Assembly (NCBI GenBank): GCA_046563655.1
Contig: CM102285.1
Location: forward strand, 11,346,001-11,410,000
Reading direction: 5' to 3'
DNA length: 64,000 bases
Origin: Yuukianura sp. NJ FZ-2021
Taxonomy: Eukaryota
The first letter of the stretch is position 1. Every line of letters starts with the position of its first letter. The notes below the pieces were generated by a model. It had not been told where the DNA came from and ran no database searches. It saw only the letters and a list, made by a program, of their open reading frames with translations. Positions 40,801-53,067 of this stretch are shown piece after piece. A program made the translations under genes and the position numbers.

Positions 40801-43020
40801 GAGTCTCCAACAAAATTAGTCTTTTTGTGAAGTAATTTTTCTAAACACATAATCGAAATTAGCGAAATTTTTAGCTACAAATTCTTGTACCTGAAGCAGA
40901 CTCAGCCTGTTTTGAGAGTGATAAATGATTTTCAGCCATTGGGGACAATAATTTCTTGGAAATAGGACATTGGAGAAACTATTTAGAGATAATTTGTTAA
41001 AATTCTTCCTTAAATTCTTAGGAAGAGTACGAGTATGAAGACGAAAATGAGGTAACCCAATACTTTCACTTTATCACATCAAAATGTAAATGGAAGCTGG
41101 TTCCCTTTTTCTTTAAATATATAATGTTGCTTGCTAAATGATGTGCAGGTTTTTAAAATTCGTCTGGCTAGAATTAAGTGTAACTGCGTTAACATAAGAA
41201 CCACTTTTTTCTCTCGAATATCTAGGGTGAAGATGAGTATGAAGATGAAGAGGAGGATGAGGAGGAAGATGAAGAAGAAGATGAGGAGGAAGATGAAGAG
41301 GAAGACGAAGAAGAAGATGAAGAAGAAGATGAGGAGGAAGATGAAGAAGAGGATGAGGAGGAAGATGAAGAGGAGGATGAGGAGGAAGATGAAGAAGAGG
41401 ACGAGGAAGAAGATGAGGAGGAGGACGAAGAAGAAGATGAGGAGGAAGATGAAGAAGAAGATGAGGAGGAGGACGAAGAAGAAGATGAGGAGGAAGATGA
41501 AGAAGAAGATGAGGAGGAGGACGAAGAAGAAGATGAGGAGGAAGATGAAGAAGAAGATGAGGAGGAGGACGAAGAAGAAGATGAGGAGGAAGATGAAGAA
41601 GAAGATGAGGAGGAAGACGAAGACGAAGGTGTAGATGAAGATGAGGATGAAGACGAAAGTGTAGATGAGGATGAGGATGAAGACGAAGGCGTGGATGAGG
41701 ATGAGGATGAAGACGAAGGTGTAGATGAGGATGAAGAAATTGATGAGGAGGAAATTCTCGAGGAAGAAGTTGTTGAACCAACTGAAGATGAAGAAGAAGA
41801 TGCTATTGAACAGGAAGATGAAAATGAGGTAAGGATGTTTCAAAATATGGGAACTAATTCAAAGTTGCGTCGCTTGTAGCAAAAGCTAGAATTCGCTCGT
41901 CCGAATAAGTAATTTTTAGCAAATTACAACACCGATCAGTTAGACCTAGTGAACACATTACACATTTAGTCTACAGTTTAATAGTCTACATTTACAAAAA
42001 TAACAGCAATCTTTCAGGCAGAAGATGTAAGCCAAGACGCAGATGAGGTAAGGAAAATCGTTCGAAATGCAGTGTCTGTAGGAAACTGAAAATAGGAAAT
42101 GTTGATGCGTATTTCTCACATCTTTAACGCATTTCCGTCTAATAATTTAATATTTCAATTTTACAAGGACGAAGACCTGAACGAAGATGAAGATGAAGAT
42201 GCGGTAAGAAAAAACGCAAAAATTCCCAATAAATTATATCTCTCTCCATGATCTAAGATTGAGTAAATGATACTCCAATTTTATAATTGCAATTTTTAAT
42301 CGACAGGATGAGGATGTGGACGAACAGGTAAACCCAGATACGAACACACGCACCCTAAACTTTACGTTTCCAAAAGAAAAGAACTTAAAAACCAGAAAAC
42401 CAATCATTTTGAAATCTAAGCCAATTATCTCATCAAAAATTTTTGTACAATCCTTCATGTCTTTCACTAGGCGGATGCCGATGAAGAAGAAGACGGCCTA
42501 ACCAACGTAAGTTTCTGTTTTGTCACTGCGTGTGAGACATACCTAAGCATTCATCTAACACAAAAACAAAGAATCAAAAGGAATTTCCCCACTTGATTTG
42601 TCATGTACTTTTTCTAAATATGGCCAAAAACAGCCTGTGACCGGAACGAAAGTTCCCAACGAAGCTGGACAAGGATCTAACCTAGCGTCGTCGGAGAAAG
42701 CAACTAAACCTACAAGCCAAACTTCACCCTCTTCTAGTCGACTCCATGTGCGCAAACTGTCTATAAGAACTTTCACCGCTAAGTCAATTAATTACAAGCA
42801 ACTTTAAAAAATCTATTTGGTGTGTCAATTTTAGGACCGTCGCGACAAGCACCAAAAAGCGTTGGATTACACAACCCGTCCAACAGGAAACGTTCTGTTG
42901 GGTATAATGTCTTTCGGCAATTGTAACCAAGGAATTGCTTTCACCAGGCTCATTGCACATCTCGACTTCATCAGAAGTACTATTGGGGAATGGTATAAAG
43001 AAACTGAGGAAACACACTAA
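37894..43020 (+). CDS. Secreted CUB + serine protease homologue, copy 2 (catalytic Ser->Thr), with a ~340 aa polyacidic insertion inside the protease domain; ~23 exons, ~790 aa
   Basis: Signal-like N-terminus. CUB motif CGG..GIIESPNYPNKYPRGTECVW. Protease motifs FCSGTLVSHYHIVTSGHC, HPKFNAKTGANDISIITL, SGWG and CTSDTGSPV. A run of phase-0 acidic exons follows (40298-42747). The last exon, 42835-43020, encodes NVLLGIMSFGNCNQGIAFTRLIAHLDFI, which aligns with the C-terminus of copy 1. Confidence 0.8.
41226..41828 (+). repeat. Coding minisatellite: (DEEE)n 12-nt units with a 48-nt higher-order repeat, then ~30-nt DEDEDEDE(G/S)V units; one 201-codon exon
   Basis: Purine-rich gatgaggaggaa/gatgaagaagaa/gacgaagaagaa array, bounded by a tctag acceptor (41225) and a gtaag donor (41829); 603 nt and open in the acidic frame. 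Confidence 0.92.
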
Positions 43021-43496
43021 AAATCATCTACCTATGGAGATTTAAAATCTAGCTTCGTCAATAACTTTAAGTGAAATTGTTTGGGAAATTTTAGGGCCAA
43101 ATATCATGTAATGGTTTATTACCTAGAAATTAGTGTGGATAAGGTGAAATGTATGTTTTTTGTTTTGTTTTGTATTTTTTCCGCTAAAGTAAAAGCAAAA
43201 GTTATGGTACTTAAGGTACTCTAATTACTGTAAAAAGCTAAGGTCCTAAATGCTTACTAACACTTTTCAGTCTGTAATGAATCCCCCTAATAAATGTATA
43301 AATTCCGAAGATGTTGTGAACTAACAAATTGTTCACCTTATTATCCTATCCAAAAAATTAGGAGACAGCGCTACTATTTAATAGGAATGAGAATGAAAAA
43401 GAAAAATTTTGCCTGTTTCTCCGATTAAAAGGCCGCCTAACTTGACGTCAGAACACGACTTCGTAACCTCTGCTGCACTGCTGCAAATCGACATAT

Positions 43497-46400
43497 TCAG
43501 TATGCGGATTCCTTAATTTCAACCGCCAACTTCTTTGCATACTCAGAGAAGTTCAGGGGATGAAGCTCGATGACGTTAGCCTTTCGCCTAGTCTCGTTCT
43601 GTTGTACAACAGATGGAAAATAACAATTCCCGTACAAATAGCGCAAGCAGTGTCCTACAATTACTAGCAAAGCAAAGTAGTAAGTGAAAATTCGACTTAC
43701 GTTGAATGTTTCCACCTTGGATTTGAACTTGGCAATATAGCTCCGGAATAGTGCGTTCTTGATAATTGCATCGAACTCATCTGGATGCTCTTTGTGCATG
43801 GGTCCAATCACATCAGACGGTTTTCCAAGCAACGTTTCCGCAGTGTCCTGGAAGCAAGTTGCCCAAACATTCCCAGAAAAGTCGGCAAAACTAACCTGCA
43901 GAAATGATAAATTAAGTCCAATTATTAGACAAGCAAGCATTCAATTGTTATCGTCGTGTTCTCCCACTATAGCCGGTTTGCCTTTTTATACTTACGGAAA
44001 GCATCATTCTCCAGTTGAAACTTTGATGGGCCATGTTACACTTCTCGCACTTGTATGATCCGTCGCCCAAGTCAATCACCTGTCAATGTCAATCATCCAC
44101 GTTTATAGGCGTTTTAGTGGATGTGTAATCCAACTCGGTTCCACTCCATTTCATCGAATGAAGAACTGTGAAGCGAATTACTGCGAAAGGTACTTTACTT
44201 CGGACGCTAATACGAATCGAATTAAATGCAAAGTAAGTTTCGCAGTAATTCGGTTCGGTTCGATAAAATGGCGTGCCATCATGAAACTCTGATGAGTTGT
44301 AATTTTTAATATAACATGTATCGATGTTTATCTGTTCACCTTTTTGTTGCAATTTTGTATGGGACAAGCCATGTAAGCAGGATTCTCTCTTCGGATGGAC
44401 ATAACAGTGACTTTTGACATGAAGAAGTCACCCTTCTCAGAGTCAGCTACATCTGAAATTATTGATTCCTGCAACACTTTCCATGGAGTCAGCACTGCAG
44501 AAGCAAAGGAAAGTATTAGTATTACGCATCAAAGAAGATTCGGATTCGAAATATTTTGGAAGAGTTAGTTCAGTGGTACCGTTTCCAGCTCCTGAAGAAA
44601 GGCTTTTGCTTTCAGCATACCTTCCTTCGTTATCGAACCATCCTCGTAAGATGTGGGCTTCAGAAATGTCAGGGTTCACCTACTCAGTAAGGATATTTCA
44701 TTAAATTCACTAACTTACTCGACTTAAAACGAATAAAAACTGTAACGAATTACATGAAAACCAGAGGACGAAGATGAGAGATTTTTTCCATTGTAGTCTC
44801 CCACCTTTGCACCCTTGACGGCGATCACAGGCTGGGAGTCATCACAAAATTCCTCTGCTTGTTTGCCCCACAATGTAAGAGCAATCTAAGTAATTAAAAA
44901 AAAGCTTTGGTTAAATAAAGTACACATTTCCATTTCGGATTCATGCATACCTCTCTATTCGATCTGTCAACAAGGATCAGTTCCCTTTTCGTCATTTCTT
45001 TGCCCGCACGCGACGTAAACGTGGATAGTTCGCCTTTCACTTTGCAAATTCCAATGACATCTAAAAACAAAACCAAAGAGAACTTCCTCAGAAAAGTGGC
45101 TATGAAATGCCTTTGCCAACAAACATGTGAATCAACTGGGATAATTGCAAACTTACCAATAATCGAATCCTTTTCAAGCTGCTCAATCCTTGCGATTTCC
45201 ACGAAATTGTATGTAGCGGTGGGAATTTCTGAAGCTCCATCGTTGCAAGGAATTACTTGTGTTTCGTTCCCCATACTTAGTTCGTAGTCATGTGACAGTT
45301 TATTGAATTGCCGGTTTGCAGGTTTGATTTGAAAATTCTTGATGATGTAAATGCTCCCAACCTGATGTACGACAGGAATCGAATAAATATTATAAATTAC
45401 ATTCCATTTCTCCGGCAATGGTACAACACAGGAGAGGTCATGTTAGGAATTGGGGGAAAAATGAAATTCATATCGCTTACCTCGAGCAATTCGTAATACT
45501 GGTCCACCGCAGTATTGAAGCCAGTCATTCGAACTTCGCCGCTTTCGTCTAGCAGTTCGAAACTAAAAAGCTTTCCCTCGCCTTTGGCATTGGACCAAGT
45601 GCGGATGTCTCCCTTGTTAGTAACACGAGCACGAATAGTACAGCGGCTAAAGACAAACAAAGTGGTGATACTCGTTCCCGTAAGATAAAACATCAATGGG
45701 TTTAGAAAAGTAACCTAAACTAACCTGGTGTAAGGATTCAAATCACGAATTGGTACAATTGGTCCAGAAGAGATGTCGGGTAAAGCCGCGGGTGGGTTTG
45801 ATGGTTTATCACCATAGAATCCACCACCACCACCACCACGATTCCCCGGTTGGGCTACAAACGGAATTCAGACCGTAGATTTGATTTCCGTGCTTTAATA
45901 ATGGCCTACGGTTTATAGGAACCGGATTATCATCGGTAACTCACCTTGTGCAGTTCCAGAAGGAGTCGGGTTGCTGGGATAGTTACCAGCTCCATTACTA
46001 GCGGGACGTGGCGCAGCCGACCTAATGCTGGTTGCTACCCCTACTCCCGCTGAAGCTTCAGTCCATTGAGCAGGATTCCCAATTTTATTCGGACCTCCTT
46101 TTGCCAAAATTGTCAATTCCAAGATGATCAACACACGCCTGAAAGTTCGAAAACATTAATTTAAGCGATGATTTTTAATTGGTTTGACAAACTTGAATCA
46201 AAATTTCAAAATTATCACTTGTTGGTGACGAAGTTTGAAACAACTTTGTCAGCCCGTATGATACAGTTGTTGTCAATCTTTCCTTCGGGGATCATGTAGT
46301 TCAACTGAGTTGCCAACATGGCGTAATTGTGTGAATGTACTCCATCGGATATGTTCACGCGGTATCTATCAGCTCCACCTTGACCGGGAATCTTCTTGTA

Positions 46401-46931
46401 GCCCTACAAATAAAAAAACGTGATATCAAACTAACCCCACCATGATGTTTTCAATGTCAGCAATCCAGTATTTAGAAATTGTTAAATTACCAAAACTTGC
46501 AACGTTGGGCTGGTTACTTCGATGCCTTGCAATAACTTCTACAAGAAAAATACGAAAATACGATTTAGTACTCACTCGTCCGCCTTTCCATCGTATATTG
46601 ACAATATAATATTGTCGTCGGACAGTCACTATACGGCATCAACAGTTCGGTTTCAGTAGAACCGGTAGGCATTACTAATTGATTCAACAAAACTACGAAG
46701 GGAAAAACTGAGACCTATACGTCAGGCATAGTGACAAACACGAACTACCGGTTCGGCATCGGCTAGTGGCAAATGGGGCTTAGTTAGTATGAGTTCTTGA
46801 AAACATGTTCCAGTTTTACGAACCAAACGAACCGAACCAATGACTAGACTATGCCAAAGTTAAATAGTTTTATTAATCGACCGGAAGGAAGTACTTACCC
46901 CAACAGCACCAGGCGTCAAAGTGAACGACAT
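43497..46931 (-). CDS. RPA1: Replication protein A 70 kDa subunit, multi-exon
   Basis: [10 protein letters not shown] start; [78 protein letters not shown]; zinc finger [40 protein letters not shown]. Confidence 0.96.
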
Positions 46932-47461
46932 TCCGACACACTAACGTATCGTATTCCAATCTGACTTATTCCAATAAGCGGACGTTGATGAATGATGAAG
47001 ATAATAATGTTGAGAATTAGACCCTGCAAACTGAAAAAGGAAACCGAGTTAACATTAGCGGTGTGCGTGTGGTGTGGATTGTTACGGAATGGCTACAGAC
47101 AAATGATGATAGGTGATAGGTTTTTATAAACTACCAAAATTAAAATAACAAAACGAGGAATGGTTCGATGGACTGGAAACTGGAAATGGATAGAAACTTA
47201 CCGGAGTCCAACGTTTAGTGTCAACGTCGCGTTTGAACTTGTAACAGCAAGGTCAAGATGACGACGATACGACGACGATGAAGAAAAACCAAGAGACACA
47301 CACAAACGAATAGTAAACTGTCACAACACAAAACAAAAATCACAAACGTCACGTCACGGTCACATCAAAAGAAAGAGACACAGAACACAGAGGGAAGAAG
47401 CGGCAGGCAGAGGAGCAGGCGAGAGGCGACGAAAAGTATTTTGCGCGCTTTTCCATTTCGT

Positions 47462-47469
47462 TTTCGCGC
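47462..47469. promoter_or_regulatory. E2F consensus site (TTTCGCGC) near the probable RPA1 transcription start
   Basis: Exact TTTSSCGC match, with a second CG-rich near-match (tttgcgcgc) ~20 bp away, upstream of apparent RPA1 5'-UTR exons. Replication genes are typical E2F targets. Confidence 0.45.
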
Positions 47470-47868
47470 TATCGCCTATTTTAAGAGATCAAATCCAAAA
47501 GCAGCATCTCCGAAATACTTACCGGGGTAGGTAATTACCTGAAACAATAACAAATAGTTTTTTAGTAAAAAAAATATTATTATTAGTAATTGATTTAACT
47601 ATAGTTAAACTACTAAATGCTTCTAAACAATATCTACTTAATTTTTCGCCGAATAGATTTAACGTCGAAATCCAAACTCTACAACATAAAATAAATAACA
47701 TGTAAAACGTGATTTAACACCACAATAATATGAAATCCACAAATCTTATGCTAAATCCCAAACAAAATCGCTTTCACGTATAACTTTTATCAACTTGAGT
47801 CGCAACGTTGCTAAAAAGTAAGCATTGCTTACTTTGTAGTAAGCACTTCAGCGAAAGTCTCCGCTTTG

Positions 47869-50800
47869 TCAAGTGTCAATGCCTATTAGTAGCTGGGCCT
47901 TGATATTTTCCACACACTCCATAACTGGAGAGGGGCATATAGGAAGGTCATGCTCCATTCTGTCTAAAATCAACACTAGATTTTCCCGGTCCTGATGTGC
48001 CTCTGAACGTATCAAAAATAGTAATTACAGGAGGGCTTCATCTTTGGCTTCAATGATAGTACTAGAAAGACTTACGGCATGACTGCAGTGCTATCAAGTA
48101 TAAACCAGAAGTGTCAATACTTTTCTTTGTATTGGAAACTACTTGTGCCAGGTTCAGGATTTTGGTCACTTCTCTCCGCTCTGCCAAATATTCGCAATAC
48201 TTACGAACCTTAGTGAGATCAAACTTCGAACCAAGTTCCTAAAACAAACAAATTAAAATAAGGCAACAAGTTCAGCGATTTAACTTCAGATTTCTAAAGC
48301 TTACTGTAAATATTTGCTCTGCTTCACGCAAATGGCCCGTATCCGAGAAAGAGCACGCCAACTGATGTGTCGCATTGGCAGTCCCGTGAACGCTGGCGTT
48401 GGCCTTCATGTACCTTTCCAGTAAAAGTTTGTCCTTAAGAACGGCATATGCCATCAATTGATTTCCAGGAGTCAATTTATATGCTTTCGCATAGCCTTCA
48501 AACAGTTCCAGAGCTTGCAGAACTTCATTCCTTCATTCAATAACGACACTTAATTGAATACTTAGCAATAAATAGAATTAAAAAACGATAATGAGTACGA
48601 ATCGTTAAACTTACTGTTGTAGAAGAAACTTGATCAAAACGCTTAAAACTGGCGAAGATGCCGAAATAACTCGCTTTTCGAAAACGAAGTCAAGGATCTC
48701 CTTTAGTTGTATGCCTCCTGCATCTCGATTCTTGCTAAATGCCTCTAGCATTTTGACCACATTCCGGGTTAGTAAGTTTCCGCTTTCTGGAGCCGGGTAC
48801 TTACATGTCTCGTTAAATAGCAGATCCTTTGCATCTATAAATTAAGAAAAGTTGGAGATATTCCTGTTTTTTCTTTGTAATGCTCTTTACAGTAAGATGG
48901 TTACCTTTCACACGTCCTCGGTCAGCTAACAACGTAACAAGGTCTACGAGCTTGTAGAGATCTAAATTCCAGTCTTTTCCCGATCTCTTTTTAGACGACA
49001 ATTCTGTGTAAAATTGGCAAGCTTCCTCTAAATTTCCAGTCCGAATGTGAAGTGCTAGCAGAGCCCCCTTCATGCCGTCTGTGATTTCTCCAACCTTTTT
49101 GAATTGTCTCTGAATTTCGACGGCCTTGTCTAAGTCACCATCTTGACAATGTTTGATAAACAATCGACGCAAAGTCCCTCGTGTATTCATGCCTTTAGAT
49201 TTGAGTTCCTGGACGTGGCACTCCAGGGATTGGACATCCATCTCTTTCTGATAAGCACAAAACCGTTACAATTGATCCCGCAATGTTTTTGAGATTATAT
49301 TGCATTTCAAACTTACCGAGTTGTTAAAACCTTTGTTGGAATTAAGGTTTTCTGACAGCTGAAGTTGCTGATCGATCTTGAAATTACAATCCCTCCCAAT
49401 TCTGCTCTGTATGATTTTAGCAGAACTTTCAGAAATTGCTATTTGTTCCTTCTCCACACTCTGAAAAGAAAACAGCCATAAGTAGCACATACAGTCACGA
49501 TTTCACAAATCACCAATGCAATGAGCCTATCACGAACACAACTTAATGCCTACAGTCAAAATACTAACCTGAATTAAAAATTCTGTAGGATCCGACTTTG
49601 CTGATCCGACTGAGTCCAGAAATCGTAAAATGAATTTCCCAACATAGTCTGACTTGTCTTCAGAAGGTTTTCCAGCAGAAACATTGTCCAAAATGGGAAT
49701 CGCATGTTTGATATTCGTCGTAATATTGTCGCGAGAATCCACGTGAAGTAAACATCGAAACAGAGGTTCCAGAAATAGGTTTGGCTGAGGGAGATTGCTC
49801 TTGAATCGCTTTGCTAGCAAAAGAGAGTATGTTTAGGTCATGCGTTATTTAGTTAAACGTTTACATTCAGCTTAAATCTTATAAAACAATACTAGTAAAA
49901 TTCATGGAGTAAAATCCTTACCTAGGGTAGCGGCATCGCCAAGTCTTTTTTGTTGTAATAAGTAGTACATTTCCGGAGCAAAAATATCCGACGAATATGA
50001 AATATCCAGAATCTCCTTAAGAATCTTCGCAACTTGGACTGGATTTGATTCGACAGAAAACAGTTTTGGAATTATGTGCTCAACGTAAGTTTCCCAATCA
50101 GGCAACACATTCAACGACACCATTGACTGTAATGTCTTCGTAATTCCTAAACAAAATTACACCATGTTAATGTTGGTGCACATGTTATTTCATAAACAGA
50201 AGTTGTAATAAGTTTTTACCTGCCAATCCTTCGGCATCAAAGTTGTAAATAATCATTGGCCAAAAGTAGTGAGGTCGCAATGGAAGGCCTTGTTCCTTCA
50301 TAACTTTGAACAAAGTCAATGCCTCTTGAAATTGCTTCTTCCTCAATCGAAATTCTGCTGCTGTATTGAAAGCAAACTTGTTGTGTTCCTTCGTCACGAG
50401 CTCTTGGCATAATGCAATTAAAGATCCCGTGTCCTTGAAAAATGAAAAACATTGTAAGTCCTGCAGGAAACAGATTATTCACTCCTCTTCTTACGTGATG
50501 CACTTACGACATTGGCGTAGACTAATTCTTTGATAAATGAAACCCCAAACCCTTGACGACTAAGGTGAAGTCCGCGTTGCCAGTTTGACAAAATTTGCAT
50601 TGCCGCTTGGGTATGTCCAGCGTGTATGAGAGCCACGATTAAGTTGAATGTCTTGACACTGTCTACCGCGGCGGAGGCACTGGGAAGCCAACTCAAAATC
50701 TGGTATAACAACAAACGAAAAGAGACTGACCGAGTGCGTAATTCAGAGCCCAATTTAGCCAAAAAAAAAAGTGAATGATTTTACCTTTTCGAAGGCGGTC

Positions 50801-52204
50801 TTGTTGCCATTTAAAATGGACATCGACGCGAGTTCTATTATATCATGCTCGGTTAAACTGACGTCCCGACGGCTCACAGAATAGACATTGGTTAGGCCTC
50901 CAAGATCATTCTGGAAATTACAATAAGTATAAGTAACTTTGTTTCATCGCTGCTGCTATTAATTATCAATTAAGAATGGTAACATCTCTTACATGTTCAA
51001 TACACGCTCTCATTAGCGCAGTATAAGTGGTAGTTGTAGGATTCACGTGAGAAGACTTCATCAGGGTTAGAACCGCCTTTGCACCGGCCAGGTCCCTAAA
51101 TTAAAGAAATTAAAGAGAAGACAGGTAAATTGACTTGCTATTTATCTTCCAATATTCCCCGAAGGTTAATCCAAAAACTATTGGTTTGTGACTTACCCAG
51201 ACCGAGAATTCCCGACGATGAGTGCATTGAAATATGTTTCATCTACTAAAAATCCCGCTGTTTTGACTAGTTGAAGTACTTTGGCAGCATTCGGCAAGTC
51301 CCCTCTTTGACAGTATGACAAGAGAGTCAGGTAGTATATTCTATTTAGGTACGTTGTATCCAAGCTTTCTATGCTTGATTTTGATGGTGTAGCACGAATC
51401 GCTACTAGTATCTGCCAAGGGTCAAATTCCTTGAAATCCATATCTGTATAGCATTTCAAGAGAATCTCCAAATACTTATGAGATTTCCTGTCTTCTTCTT
51501 CGATGAACCCCCAAAACTTTTGAAATAATTGAATAATTTCGAAGCGCTGCAAATCCGGAAGGTGATCTTTGGAACAATACTTTAGCACTTCCGCTCCATC
51601 GTCGCCTAGCACAGCTCCTAAAATAAAAGAGCGAGGCGTCAGACTTTACTTTTACGACACTGACGTGAGTCTACCACCTCTAAATTGTACGCTAATAGTG
51701 GGCGGACATTACCTCTCTCTATTAAGTCAGCAATCCCCTCCAAATTCTGACGGTTAATCCGTCCTTTACGTCGCACATCTAAGCCAATACGTTCCAGATG
51801 ACTTTTTATCGTTTCAGCTTCAACGAGGTTGCTACGTAAAACTTCCTTTTGTCTCTGCTGCTCATATTTTAGTGTTCTACCTGGTCGTAGTTCTTGTAAA
51901 TATTTATTGCATAGAGCAATGTCGCTGACGGAGGTGGAGCTCCATCGTTCGGAACAGGTAACCCAACGACAGCCTTGTTCCGGTCTTATGAGTCCTATTG
52001 GGCTAGAATACATAGAATAACAACATCGGTGAAGAGAACTTATGTAATAAACTGCCAAAGCGTTTAAAATTCAACTTACTTTGTAAGCAATCCGTTACGC
52101 AACGCAGAGATTCCCTGAGCTACGGCGACCGTCCTGAAGCTACCATTGCTACTGCAGATGATCTTCCGATATGCCTGCTTAGCACTGTGAATTAGGTATA
52201 CCAT
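47869..52204 (-). CDS. LRPPRC: Leucine-rich PPR-motif mitochondrial protein (LRPPRC/Bsf-like), ~15 exons, roughly 1,070 aa
   Basis: LDVRRKGRI; PPR-like YYLTLLSYCQRGDLPNAAKVLQLVKTAGFLVDETYFNALIVGNSRSG; GLPLRPHYFWP; LECHVQELKSKGMNTRGTLRRL. These motifs are recalled from LRPPRC/Bsf. Terminal exons were assigned by splice phase. Confidence 0.82.
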
Positions 52205-53067
52205 ATTCCATCCGATCCAGGACGCTTAATTAAGAAAGAAGACGCAGATTCGTAAGGTTACGGTACAGTGATTGATGTGAACTTAATATGTACTTAGTAA
52301 GTACTAAAGAATTGAATTACCAGCAGTGAAATGGGAGTATACAAGGAAAATAACCAGTGTGACTTGACAACCGGTACCAGCGCATATGTAACCGACACTG
52401 ACTTACTGACTTGACAACTTAACTGAAATGTCACCACAGAACAAACCAATTACTAATTAAAATCAATCTTACTTAAGGTAACCGGGAAGATGATGAATGA
52501 GGTTGAGGAACAAATCGACTTCACTGTCCAATGTTTACAAAAACTGTGTGACTATAAATCCGCAGAATCCCGCTTTAAAACTTTTGAAAGAAAAGATAGT
52601 CGTCAGCATCTCAACACGAAAGAACTGACATTTCGTTTAGCAAATAACTTCCGAAGATTTCTTTAATACTTGTTAAATAAACGTTAAAAGCACTGGAGAA
52701 AAACGTTGACATCATAAAAGTAATGAAAAAAGACAACTTGTTCTTATAACTACTAACCCAATTCAAATTCAATCATTCACTACATTGCCAACGTTAAAAT
52801 CGCCCGTTCAATTCTAGAGATGGCTACTAGATGTGAATTGGTGGTGGAATTGGAAACCGTAAACGATTTTTCGATAATAAAATCGATTTGTGCTGCGATA
52901 CTAACCTATAGGATTCAATTCAGGACAAGAAAGTATTTAATTCATATAATTAGTAGAACTTAAATGAGGGATAATTTCCCAAAGAACCTTTGATGAATGT
53001 TTTGACATTTGACCTTCTTATAAAATGAAATTTAGAAATAAATTCTGTCCTTCGCAAGCCCTTCGAT

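Noticed and set aside
41079..41843. Long ORFs in other frames over the acidic repeat (poly-F/L/I and poly-P/H/L on the minus strand, poly-K/R/M on the plus strand)
   Set aside because: These are shadow frames of a stop-free GAR/GAY repeat. Only the D/E frame is bounded by splice sites in phase with the neighbouring exons.
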